A DNA stretch of 62,345 nucleotides from a virus. Taxonomy: Duplodnaviria > Caudoviricetes. The notes below the pieces were generated by a model. That model saw nothing but the letters and a program-made list of their open reading frames with translations, ran no database searches and had not been told where the DNA came from. The stretch lies in IMG/VR virus record IMGVR_UViG_3300042509_002518, positions 1 to 62,345 of that record; one strand, written 5' to 3'. The position numbers and the translations under genes were made by a program. Positions 48,420 through 57,641 of the stretch are shown in pieces. Positions within the stretch are counted from its first letter, which is position 1. The number at the start of each line of letters is the position of its first letter.

Positions 48420-49604
48420 TCACGCTGCCTCCAGGCGAGATTCCATCCAGGTCCAGGCGTAGGCCGGCAGCTCCAGCGGCACCGACTCTTCGACATAGGC
48501 AGGCCAGTAGCCCGCCTCGTCGGCTGCGATCGACTGATCCAGCGCATGCCGGATCAGCCGCCGGCCGATCTCCACCTGGTCGTTGGTGAGATGAACGCGC
48601 TGCACGAAATGCGGTGCGGTCTTCTCAATCGCGATGAACTCCAGCTTGATCGGGCGATTGATCAGTTCACCGGACGGCAGCCCCAGGATCTGCTCCAGCG
48701 CACGCTTGCAGTAGAACAGCGCATCGGCGTAGTACGTGCCGCTGAGCACATACAGGAACTTGCCGGCATCACGGTGGAACGCGTCACCGGCCTCGCGGCA
48801 GGTCTTCAGGTCACCGATCCAGATGTGATCATCGAACACGCGCACCGCATCCAGCCGGGCCTTGCAGGGCACCTTGGTGATCGGATCGAGCCACACCAGG
48901 GTGAGTTCATTCAGCGTCCGGTACTCCGGCGCGAAGTAGGCCCCCAGTCGGGAGTGCCGCAGCACGGCATTGGCCCAGGCCATCACCTGGTCATGGTCCG
49001 CAGCGGAAACGATCTGCGCACCCGGGGCGATCCCCGCCTCGAAGCTGCGCCAGGCATCTTCACGAACCACGGCATCGAGCCAGGTGTCGTGGGTCTTGGT
49101 GCCGGGCTTGGCGCTCGGTTCCTCCAGCTGCTTCTCGGTCGGCCGCTTCGGCATGCCGGATGGGATCACGACATACCGCTGGTCGTAAAGCTCCGGCTCC
49201 AGGAGCATGGTGTGCAGCATGTTGCCGTGCAGGAAGTGATCCTTGTCCGGCTGCTGCTCACGATCAGGCCGCAGGAACTCATGCCAGGCATGGCCGAGCG
49301 TCTTGTGGATCGGGGTCTTGAGGAAGCTGGCGTTGTAGGCCTTCAGCTGGTCGTAGTCATCGCGGGGCAGATCCAGGTAGATCGCCTGGCGCGATTCCCA
49401 CGGCACCAGGCCCTTGGGGTCACCCTCCACGGTGCCCATCAACCGGCCGCGGGGTGGATCGATCGGTGCCTCGACCGGGCGATCAGCAGGCGCCTCAGCA
49501 GCCACGGCAGGGGCCATGGCGGTGGGCTCCAGGGTGGCGGCAGCTGCCACCGGCGAGAAGCTCTGCAGCAGGCTTTGCTGCAGCTCCACAACAGAGGCAT
49601 CCAT
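48420..49604 (-). CDS. RecE/exonuclease VIII-like PD-(D/E)XK nuclease
   Basis: GNMLHTMLLEP, CKARLD, IGDLKT, FIAIEKTAP. Confidence 0.85.
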   Translation of the reverse strand: MDASVVELQQSLLQSFSPVAAAATLEPTAMAPAVAAEAPADRPVEAPIDPPRGRLMGTVEGDPKGLVPWESRQAIYLDLPRDDYDQLKAYNASFLKTPIHKTLGHAWHEFLRPDREQQPDKDHFLHGNMLHTMLLEPELYDQRYVVIPSGMPKRPTEKQLEEPSAKPGTKTHDTWLDAVVREDAWRSFEAGIAPGAQIVSAADHDQVMAWANAVLRHSRLGAYFAPEYRTLNELTLVWLDPITKVPCKARLDAVRVFDDHIWIGDLKTCREAGDAFHRDAGKFLYVLSGTYYADALFYCKRALEQILGLPSGELINRPIKLEFIAIEKTAPHFVQRVHLTNDQVEIGRRLIRHALDQSIAADEAGYWPAYVEESVPLELPAYAWTWMESRLEAA

Positions 49605-49914
49605 CAGCGGCGCCCTCCGCGTTGCACGGGCTGAGCGGTGGCATCCAGGGACTGCAGCAGATCCGGCAGCCGATCCGCAGGCGGGGCATCGATCCAGACC
49701 CGCCGGCCGCGGATGATCACGAACGGCTGGCCGCTGCAGAAGACACGCTGCAGCGGGGCTACAGAGTCACCAGCCGGCGGCAGCAGGGCAATGGGGGGTT
49801 TCATGGCAGAAGGTCAAACGCTGGTTGTTGAGAGAGGGGGCCTGGATGCCGAGCGTGAAGCGTCCGCATCCAGACATGGACTAAACGTAGTCGATAGAGG
49901 TCGAAATCGCCAGG

Positions 49915-50505
49915 TCAGGGCTTGAGCAGTTCAGAAAAAGTGATCCACACCAGCTGCAGCCGACCCGACAGGCTCAGGCCGTGCGGTGGCGCCACCATCG
50001 TGCGCATTGCCAGCCATGGCGCCAGCACCAGCCGGAGCGGCAGGGGCATGACCGCAGCGGCCTGCTGTGCCGGTTGCAGCGCCAGGCTGGCGGCGAGGCC
50101 GTGCTGCGCACGCTTCAGGCCGTCCAGCGCCTCCTGGGCGCGATCCACCAGCTCTTCGCAGTAGGCATTGTCGAACAGTTCCACCGGCGTGAACCGCAGG
50201 TAGCTGCAGACCGCCAAGGCCAGATCCACTGCAGTGGCCTTGGCGCTGTCATCGCCTGGATCCCGCTCCCGCAGCGCCGGCAGCAGCCGCACGTGCACAT
50301 CCGTGCCGCCCGGCAGCATCACCCCATCGCAGAGGGTGAGGGGGGAGAGGGTGTTGTGATCGATCGCGAGCAACACCCGGGTCGGTGCGCCGCTGGCGGT
50401 GCGCTCCGGCAGGTGGCTCAGCACCATCTTGAGCTCTGCCACGGTGAGGGCCTGGCGTGGATCCATGCCATCGAGCAGCAGATCGGAGGTCATCGGGTAG
50501 TTCAT
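49915..50505 (-). CDS. Hypothetical protein
   Basis: LTVAELKMVLSHLPE motif; overlap with rusA. Confidence 0.55.
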   Translation of the reverse strand: MNYPMTSDLLLDGMDPRQALTVAELKMVLSHLPERTASGAPTRVLLAIDHNTLSPLTLCDGVMLPGGTDVHVRLLPALRERDPGDDSAKATAVDLALAVCSYLRFTPVELFDNAYCEELVDRAQEALDGLKRAQHGLAASLALQPAQQAAAVMPLPLRLVLAPWLAMRTMVAPPHGLSLSGRLQLVWITFSELLKP

Positions 50506-50987
50506 GTGGGGAGGGTGAAGAGGGTGAACAGTGCGCCCGGCCGTTCATCACCCCTGCACCAGCGCTTGTGGCCGATGGTGGTGACGATCCGGGCATCGTC
50601 GTGAATCAGCACCTGGCTGAGGGCGTCTTCGGAAGAGCGCAGGAGCTTCGAGCCGTCGGGCCTGACGGCATGCCACCGCGGTGCGCTGGGCTTGAGGGTG
50701 CCGTCGCGGCGGAAGTGGCCCAGGGGCCGGAGGAACAGGAACTCGCAGCGGAGCACCACGGGGCCGGTGAGCATGGGAGCGCCGGTGGCCAAGGCGGCCT
50801 CGGTCACCATCTGCCGCCAGGGCTTCACCCGCTTGCAGGACTCGACCAGCACGGTGCGACCGAGCCGGTCTTTCCCCAGGGGCTTCTTGCTGCCTTGCGG
50901 TGCAGGGGCCATGCCCTCCACCCGGAAGGTGATCCGCTGCGGGTGCTGCGGGTGCTGCGGGGCCCCGGGGGAAGACACGGCCGGCAT
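50502..50987 (-). CDS. rusA: RusA-like Holliday junction resolvase
   Basis: PAPQGSK, KPWR, RPDGSKLLRSSEDAL, DDARI. Confidence 0.88.
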   Translation of the reverse strand: MPAVSSPGAPQHPQHPQRITFRVEGMAPAPQGSKKPLGKDRLGRTVLVESCKRVKPWRQMVTEAALATGAPMLTGPVVLRCEFLFLRPLGHFRRDGTLKPSAPRWHAVRPDGSKLLRSSEDALSQVLIHDDARIVTTIGHKRWCRGDERPGALFTLFTLPT

Positions 50988-51626
50988 CAGCGCTCCAGCT
51001 CGCGCAGGGCGAGATCGATGGAGGCCGTGGCTTTATCGAGGTGGCCGTCGTGGAAATACAGCAGCGCCTCGTTGATGCGCGGTTTCGCCGCTTCGATCCG
51101 CTTAGCCTCAGCGATCACGGAATCGAAGGCTGAGTTGCTGGCGTGGCGTGATTCGCGGGGCAGGGACTGCTCAACCGCGATGCAATCCTTCAGGGCCAGA
51201 AGGGCGGTGTTGATGCTCATTGGGCACTCCGTTGGTGGTGTTCGCGGCAGGCGTGCCAGTCGGTGATGGGGTCGCAGCGGTCGCTCAGGAGGATCGGCCG
51301 GGCGTTGGCGTTGACCTGCTGCTGGCCGCGATGGATCAGGCCGCCGGGCAGCCAGGCCACTGCCAGGGCAAGGGTGAAGCCACAGAGGAAGGAACGGGTC
51401 ATCGCTCCCCCTCCGTCTGCGTCTGCATGTGGACGGTCGTGAGCGACGCATCAGCCACCGCCTGGCAGTAGCCCCAGGCCGCCGCGCGCTTGGCGGCGAA
51501 CCTGGCCCGGCGGGCGGGATCCGCGATCATCCCTGACGCATCGAGGATGTCGCGCATCACCGTTTCCGGGATGTCGAGATCGGTCACGGTGTGGCCCTTG
51601 AGGGCCATGGTGTCTGGGCTGGTCAT
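50987..51626 (-). other. Three small hypothetical genes (50987-51220, 51217-51402, 51399-51626)
   Basis: Overlapping start/stop chain. Confidence 0.5.
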
Positions 51627-52783
51627 CAGACGAACTCTCCCTGGCTGGAGTCTTCCGCGCTGGCCTCGCTGGTGGGCTCAGGTGCGGCGGTGGGGGCCTC
51701 TTCAGCGGCAGCGGGCTGCTGCCGCGGGCGGCCGACACGGCGAGGGGCAGTACTGGCCCGGGGCTGCTCCTGCGACTCTTCCTGCTCGGCCTGCTCGGCC
51801 GGCTGCTCCACAGCCTGCGCAGCGGCCTGCACCACCTGGCGCACTGCGGCCGGCGGCAGCACACCACCAGCGCCAACAGAAGGCGCCGCAGCGGCCTGGA
51901 CAGCAGCAGGAGCGGCCTGGGCTGGGGCAGGGGCAGCCTGCACTTCACCACCAGCAGGCGGGGCGATCCCGGCGCCCTGCTCAGCCTCGAACCAGTCCCC
52001 GGCCTTGCTCATGCCGTCCTTCAGGCTCGAGTAGATCTTGCGCAGCAACACCACCTGGGCCGGCACGATGGAATCCAGGCGCCGCTGGATGCGGGCCTCG
52101 ATCTGGGCCTTGCTCACGCCGAACTCCGCGAACTTGGTCACCAGGGCCTGCTGCACCTCGGGCCCAGTGCCGGCAGAGGCCTTCAGGGTCATCTCGCACT
52201 GCTGCACCGCCGCCTCGATCACATCGCCGGGGATGACACCGAGGATGCAGGCCCGCAGACGCCGTGCGCCCTGGTTCGCCACCATCTCGTAGATGTCGCG
52301 CGGATCGGTGAGCCGCTTGCTGCCGGAGCGGGTGTGGCGCTCATGCAGCACCTGGAAGGTCTTGACCTGCCGCACGTTGGTCTGGATGTCCCACGCGAAG
52401 GCCTCCACCGTGCTCACGCCATCGGCCTGGGACAGCTCACGGATGCCGAACTGCAGGTTGCCCCACTCCTGCGCGATGGCCTCGGCCAGGCGGATGCTGG
52501 GGCCGCTCACCTCCTGGCCGCCACGGGCGTAGCTGTAGAGGGCACCTTCCGCCAGGGAAGGCCTGGTGCAGGCATTCAGCACACGCTCATAGGCCTGCAT
52601 GGTGTTGCGGGGGAAGCTGCGGGCAATGAACATCGCCGCCTGCACTTCGCTCACCTCCCGGCTCATGGCCACCGATGTGGCAGCACCCGCGCCAGGAGGT
52701 GCAAGGTGCGCGGGGGACGCCGGCTGGCCAAGGCCGCCGCCGTTGAAGGTTGAAAGGGTCACGCTGGTTGTGCAAAGAAACAC
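51626..52783 (-). CDS. Putative single-strand annealing protein/recombinase
   Basis: EVQAAM..AR.FPR, YSYARGG..GPSIRLAE, RRLRACIL family motifs; same operon as the RecE-like gene. Confidence 0.65.
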   Translation of the reverse strand: MFLCTTSVTLSTFNGGGLGQPASPAHLAPPGAGAATSVAMSREVSEVQAAMFIARSFPRNTMQAYERVLNACTRPSLAEGALYSYARGGQEVSGPSIRLAEAIAQEWGNLQFGIRELSQADGVSTVEAFAWDIQTNVRQVKTFQVLHERHTRSGSKRLTDPRDIYEMVANQGARRLRACILGVIPGDVIEAAVQQCEMTLKASAGTGPEVQQALVTKFAEFGVSKAQIEARIQRRLDSIVPAQVVLLRKIYSSLKDGMSKAGDWFEAEQGAGIAPPAGGEVQAAPAPAQAAPAAVQAAAAPSVGAGGVLPPAAVRQVVQAAAQAVEQPAEQAEQEESQEQPRASTAPRRVGRPRQQPAAAEEAPTAAPEPTSEASAEDSSQGEFV

Positions 52784-52917
52784 GGAACCGCATCCGGTTC
52801 CGCACGTAGTTTAGCCTTCGGCCGGACTCAGGCGCGAGCCGTAAAGCGTCTGCATGTGGACTACGTTACGACTCGCAACCTTTTAGGGTCCGCCCCTCAC
52901 TCTTCGCGATTCACGCA

Positions 52918-53178
52918 ATGCGCATCGTTGCTGCCAACACCGCCGAGGTTCAGCTGCTGAGGGTCCGCTGGCGCGCCATCACCCGTGTTCTGGGTCCGAC
53001 CATCACACTGGAAGCCGTGGCTCCAGACGGCCGGGTGATCGATCACCAGCCCCCTGAAGCCACGGCTTCCATGGTTCCTCAGCTCATCGCTGAGATCCAG
53101 GCCCACCTGTTGTGCGCACCACCTTCGCCGGTGGACAGCGCCTCAGATCTTGCGCAGCAGCAGCCCCAGCCCCATTGA
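52918..53178 (+). CDS. Hypothetical protein, divergent from the early operon
   Basis: Fills a gap. Confidence 0.4.
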   Translation: MRIVAANTAEVQLLRVRWRAITRVLGPTITLEAVAPDGRVIDHQPPEATASMVPQLIAEIQAHLLCAPPSPVDSASDLAQQQPQPH

Positions 53179-53970
53179 AGTAGCCGGTGCAGGCTTGCCG
53201 GTCAGCCACCCGACCAGTTCGGAAATGGCCGGCAGCTCGTGCATCAGCTGGTCGCCGTCGTAGATCTCCAGCCCGGCGATCACCATCTGGAGCTGCCGCT
53301 GCCGCTCCATGTTCTTCGCCGGGTACATCTCCAGGATCTTCGGCATGCCCTCGCTGAGCAGCAGCTTGCGATGACGGCACCAGCCCTGGGCCAGCATGCT
53401 CAGCAGGGTGGAGAGCTCCTTGGCTTCCTCATCGTTGATCCGTCCCGGCTCGGCCCCGTCAACGGTCATCCGACCGAGGCGGATCCGGTAGAGGTCGCCG
53501 GCATCGCACGGCAGGCCGGTCTGCTTCGACCGGATGAACCAGACCTCATCAGGCCCCGGCAGGTTCAGGCTGCTCGGCGGGTTGCCAAGGGCCGGCAGCT
53601 CATCCACCTCTGCACTGCTCGCGCCGGCGTAGCGGGCCAGCTGGAGGTTCACCTGGCCGAGGGCATCCATGGCGCCAGGGCCGAGCATGGAAGTTTTCTC
53701 GTGGATGATGTAGCTCACCATCGTGGTGGAGACCCAGCCCTTGGGCGCCCAGGGGTTGGCCCACTGCGCCAGCTCGCTGAAACCCTTGTTGGTGAGCTTG
53801 TTTCCACGGATCAGGCGGCGCAGGGCCTGGTACATGGCAGCGCGGCCGCGCTCAAGTCGGGCTTCGCCCAGCACGGGGTCCTTGAAGTTCATCTGGATGC
53901 AGGTCATCTGGTCAGAGCTTAGGGCTCCGGGTGTGAAATGAACTCTGATCGACTGCAAGTCCAGACGCAA
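53143..53970 (-). CDS. Putative transcriptional regulator/repressor (start uncertain)
   Basis: XRE-like N-terminus (LRRLIRGNKLTNKGFSELAQ...VSTTMVSYI). Confidence 0.4.
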   Translation of the reverse strand: MRLDLQSIRVHFTPGALSSDQMTCIQMNFKDPVLGEARLERGRAAMYQALRRLIRGNKLTNKGFSELAQWANPWAPKGWVSTTMVSYIIHEKTSMLGPGAMDALGQVNLQLARYAGASSAEVDELPALGNPPSSLNLPGPDEVWFIRSKQTGLPCDAGDLYRIRLGRMTVDGAEPGRINDEEAKELSTLLSMLAQGWCRHRKLLLSEGMPKILEMYPAKNMERQRQLQMVIAGLEIYDGDQLMHELPAISELVGWLTGKPAPATSMGLGLLLRKI

Positions 53971-53990
53971 CCTTTGCAGCGCTTCTGCAG

Positions 53991-54038
53991 CAGAAAGCCC
54001 CGGACCACAACCAGCGTGGAAAGGCCCGGGGCTTTCTG
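53991..54038. terminator. Bidirectional hairpin terminator
   Basis: CAGAAAGCCCCGG...CCGGGGCTTTCTG. Confidence 0.75.
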
Positions 54039-54063
54039 TGGCAGTCCTGCTGCCGCGCGGATC

Positions 54064-55002
54064 CTAGGCCACGTCTGGCGAGTGCACCACCAGGGTGACC
54101 GGCACCATGCGGTAGCCATCACCAACGCGCATCAAGGCCTGGACGATCGGGGCATCGCTGGGAAGCGATGCAGGGATCGTCGCCGGCTGGCTGGTGGCGC
54201 GTGGGGTGGGGCTGCCACCGCGCAGGGCCCGCAGCTTGCGCTCGGCCTGGGCGTGGCTGCAGCCGAGGGCTGCGCAGATCCGATCCCACGTCCAGCCAGC
54301 GGCCTTGGCGGCCTGGATCCTGGCGGCGGTGTCGGGCTGGAACATCGCGCGGCCGCGCTCATCACGCGGCAGGCGCTCGAGCTGGAGCAGCTGCATCGGT
54401 GCGGACGGTTCGGACACGGCGGACGGTTCGGCGGATGGGGGCGGCGCCACGGGGGCAGGGGCTGTGGCCACTGGGGTGGCCGCAACTGCAACAGGCTCGG
54501 GCTCAGGCTGGGTCTCGGGCAGCGTTACTGGGATCTCAGCAACGGGGGTCTGCTCGAGCTGTGGCTGTGGCTGTGGCTGTGGCTCAGGCTTGGGGGCCAC
54601 GGCCACCGGTGGCGCCACCGCAGCAGGCGGGCGGGACCCTGGTGGCGCCACCCATCTGGGCTTTGGCTCGATCGCAGCTGATCGCCGGGTCACTGCTGGC
54701 CGTGCGCGGACCATCACCGGCGCCAAGGTCGGCTGTCGCTGCTCCGGCACCGGTGGGTCGATCCGCCCCAGCCGGCCCAGCACCTCCACCCGCTGTGGAT
54801 CAGCGAACGGATACCGGGCCAGCACGAACCCACGCGCCTGCTCCGGGTTGCTGGCGCGGATCGTCTCCGTGCTGGGCTTCAACCCGGAGACGAAGTGCAC
54901 CCGCACCCACCACAGCGGATCGTGTGGGTTGTCGCTGAACGCCACACCGGGCTCCAGGTGGCGCTCACGGTGCTCGATCAGGTAGTTCGGAACCGGTTTC
55001 AT
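54064..55002 (-). CDS. Pro-rich protein with C-terminal HTH
   Basis: AAGWTWDRICAALGCSHAQA. Confidence 0.55.
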   Translation of the reverse strand: MKPVPNYLIEHRERHLEPGVAFSDNPHDPLWWVRVHFVSGLKPSTETIRASNPEQARGFVLARYPFADPQRVEVLGRLGRIDPPVPEQRQPTLAPVMVRARPAVTRRSAAIEPKPRWVAPPGSRPPAAVAPPVAVAPKPEPQPQPQPQLEQTPVAEIPVTLPETQPEPEPVAVAATPVATAPAPVAPPPSAEPSAVSEPSAPMQLLQLERLPRDERGRAMFQPDTAARIQAAKAAGWTWDRICAALGCSHAQAERKLRALRGGSPTPRATSQPATIPASLPSDAPIVQALMRVGDGYRMVPVTLVVHSPDVA

Positions 55003-55105
55003 CGGCTGCAGCGCACCAGGATTTGGCAAGCGAACGCAAGGATCCGGCAATCACCGGGGCCCTTCAGGGCCTCCGCCCCATCCAGGCCCAGACGTTGATG
55101 CCGCC

Positions 55106-55450
55106 TCATGCTGCGGACAGGGTGATGCGGCCGCGGGCGACCTTGATCTGCAGCGCATCGCCAGCCTCGAGCCCTGCTTCCGCCAGGTAGGCAGCACCCA
55201 GCACGGCATGGCCGGGCTTCAGCACCCGCGTGGCATAGGACAGCGGCTTGCCTTTGCGACCGCCCTCCGCGCTGTCCCCAGCAGGGCTGATGCCAGCTGC
55301 CACCAGCAGCGCATCGCGGTACTTCGCCAGCTGCACGCGGCGGCGGCCATCAGGCAGCACCTTCACGTAGCCAGCGGCTTCAGCGGCCTGCTTGTTGCTG
55401 CTGAAGTTCTTGTGATGCGCCACGAGTTCGGCGCCGGTCAGTCGTTCCAT
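55106..55450 (-). CDS. Cyanobacterial AbrB-like regulator (cyAbrB type)
   Basis: LTGAELV...AAGYV...YRDALL.A.G...GKPLSY.TRV...G..VLG.AY....LEAGD...IKV.RGRI.L. Confidence 0.8.
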   Translation of the reverse strand: MERLTGAELVAHHKNFSSNKQAAEAAGYVKVLPDGRRRVQLAKYRDALLVAAGISPAGDSAEGGRKGKPLSYATRVLKPGHAVLGAAYLAEAGLEAGDALQIKVARGRITLSAA

Positions 55451-55560
55451 GGAAAGCAGGACTGCATCCAGAATGTTTGCGCTGCTGATCGTAGTCTGCA
55501 CCTAGACATTGCGCCACTGCAGATGACCGGAAAACTGCGGGTGGATCCACACCTGTGCCG

Positions 55561-55761
55561 ATGACCCTGGAGCAGCAGATCGCCGCCCTGCGCATTGAAC
55601 CCAACCTGCCCGGTGCGCAGGACATTGAGGCCATGGCCAACCGCGTGAAGGTTCTCGACCTGCTCTACGAAGCCACCCGCCGCGATCAGAAGGAGAACAG
55701 CCGCCACGGGGTCTACACCGGCCTGCATCAGGCGATGACGCCACCGCCCGCTGCTGCGTGA
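55561..55761 (+). CDS. Small conserved cyanophage-type protein
   Basis: LDLLYEA..RD.....HGVYTGL; motif upstream. Confidence 0.6.
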   Translation: MTLEQQIAALRIEPNLPGAQDIEAMANRVKVLDLLYEATRRDQKENSRHGVYTGLHQAMTPPPAAA

Positions 55762-56678
55762 GCCGGCTCATCCTTCATGCCGGCGGCCACAAGACCGGCA
55801 CCACCACCCTCCAGGCCACCCTGCTCCACAACCGCGCCCTGCTCGAGCAGCACGGCATCAGCCTGGCCGCTGGCTTCCATCCGATCGAGGGGCATCACCA
55901 CAGCCTGGTGGCCCTGCTGGAGCGGGGGCAGCACGATCAGTTCCTCGCGGCGATCAACACCGGTCATCCCACGGTGATCGTGTCCAGCGAGGTGCTCTAC
56001 CGCCTGCTGGCCCATCGCCACCCCGCCCTGGAGGCCCTGCCCTCCCTGATCCGCAGCGCCTTTGATCAGGTGACCACCGTGCTGATGATGCGCCGGCAGG
56101 ACCACCTGAAGGAATCGCTCTACGCCGAGGTGGTGATGCGCTGGTTCACCGGCGACATCCGCGAAGAGAACCACTACCTCTACGACTACCGGCATGCGGT
56201 GGGCCGGCTGGTGGAGCTGTTCGGCGCCGAGGCCTTCCGCCTTGGCGTCTACCGCGACGACATCGCCTACTGGGATGCGGTGGCGGAGTTCATGCAGCTG
56301 GCGGACCTGGGCCCGGTGGCGCCGCTGCTCACCCAGATCCCGCGGCAACGGGTGAGTGCCGACCGGCGGGTGCTGCAGGTGCTGGGCCATCTGGAGGGGC
56401 CGGACCGTGGCCTGCGCGCAGACGTGTGCCGCCTGCTGCAGGACTCCGGCGCCGTGCAGCCCGATCCGGTGAAGCACCTGCTGTCACCCGCGGAACGGCG
56501 CCAGCACCTGGAGCGCTACAGCAGCAGCAACCGCGAACTGGCCCGGGCGTACCGGCCTGATGCCGAGGCCTACCTCACCGGCGAGCTCGAGCAGCCCCCG
56601 GAGCACTGGGAGCCACCGGCGCCGTTCTCACCAGGGGAGATCGCCCAGCTGCTGGCTGCTGCTCTGGGGAGGCGGTAG
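55758..56678 (+). CDS. Sulfotransferase-like P-loop protein
   Basis: LILHAGGHKTGTTTLQ, IVSSE, MRRQD...SLY. Confidence 0.7.
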   Translation: MSRLILHAGGHKTGTTTLQATLLHNRALLEQHGISLAAGFHPIEGHHHSLVALLERGQHDQFLAAINTGHPTVIVSSEVLYRLLAHRHPALEALPSLIRSAFDQVTTVLMMRRQDHLKESLYAEVVMRWFTGDIREENHYLYDYRHAVGRLVELFGAEAFRLGVYRDDIAYWDAVAEFMQLADLGPVAPLLTQIPRQRVSADRRVLQVLGHLEGPDRGLRADVCRLLQDSGAVQPDPVKHLLSPAERRQHLERYSSSNRELARAYRPDAEAYLTGELEQPPEHWEPPAPFSPGEIAQLLAAALGRR

Positions 56679-56948
56679 CTCATCATCCGGCGGGCAGACA
56701 TCAAGGTCCGGGTCGGTATCGGCCGCCTGCTCCAGTTCCTCCGCAGCGCGCACCAGGGGCAGCAACCTGAGGAACTCATCCTCAAGATCAAGGCTGAACT
56801 CAACCATGGCGCGAATGCAGTTCAACCATTGAAGGTAGTCGCGCCACATCACTGTTGCCTGAGCAATGCAGCGCATCAGCAGCACTGTGGCGCCATCACC
56901 GCCAGCCTGAAGGGACACCAGCTGGCAGTGATGGCGGGCGCCTGGAGC

Positions 56949-57464
56949 TCAGGCCGCCACGGCGGTGGCCCGACGGCGCCGGCGGGTGCCGGCCGTGCTG
57001 CGGCGCTTGCTGGTGGCCACCACCTCACGGGCCGGCGGCAGCAGCCCGGCCACTGGGGCGCAGGGCAGCAGCAGCGGCACCGCGATCACCACCGCTTCAG
57101 CCGCGGCGGCAGGGGCAGGGCCGACCAGCACCGCCACCCACAGGGCAGCCAGCTGATCAGCGCGGGCATCGATCGCCTGGCGCAGCAGGCCGCCGAGCTC
57201 GTAGCTCGCCGCAGCCACTGCTGCACCGCAACGCCAGAGCCACCGCCCGCTGGCGGCAGCCACCTGGCCGGCGACGATCAGCACCGCCAGCACCGCCGCC
57301 GCCCGCCGTGCGGCACCCTCCAGGGCCTCGCCCCAGGTGACTGCATCAGCTGCCGCAGCAGCCTGCAGCGCGCGCCAGCAGCGGCCCGGGGCCCGCTCAA
57401 CTGCAGCGGTGATGCCATCGATCGCGTTCACGGCCGCGATCACGCCATTGTTCATGGTGTCCAT
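56949..57464 (-). CDS. Ala-rich hypothetical protein
   Basis: GGAGG RBS upstream. Confidence 0.5.
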   Translation of the reverse strand: MDTMNNGVIAAVNAIDGITAAVERAPGRCWRALQAAAAADAVTWGEALEGAARRAAAVLAVLIVAGQVAAASGRWLWRCGAAVAAASYELGGLLRQAIDARADQLAALWVAVLVGPAPAAAAEAVVIAVPLLLPCAPVAGLLPPAREVVATSKRRSTAGTRRRRRATAVAA

Positions 57465-57584
57465 GGGGAAGCCTCCTTCCGGTGTGGTGGATGTGCCTGA
57501 TGGGCCCGGAGCGCAACTCAGGCGCTCAACGGCAGGCGTGAAAAGGGTTGCGAGAACAGGCGTGGCCCGCCCTCACTTCGTCAC

Positions 57585-57632
57585 TATAACCCCTATGGAA
57601 CTAAAGCGAGCATCAGCTCCATAGGGGTTACA
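57585..57632. mobile_element. Putative attP site
   Basis: Perfect 13-bp inverted repeat TAACCCCTATGGA/TCCATAGGGGTTA with 18-bp spacer, 11 bp before the integrase. Confidence 0.75.
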
Positions 57633-57641
57633 TTCCCTCAC

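Larger units (their letters stand above)
8304..55536. promoter_or_regulatory. Dispersed late-promoter motif GGAAA(A/G/C)C(T/C/A), about 24 copies
   Basis: Plus strand: 12098, 13629, 16576, 18115, 18999, 19316, 20206, 21465, 22700, 23629, 27703, 32411, 35144, 36074, 38109, 41166, 41642, 42658, 55529. Minus strand: 8304, 16235, 22687, 42639, 44437. Confidence 0.8.
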
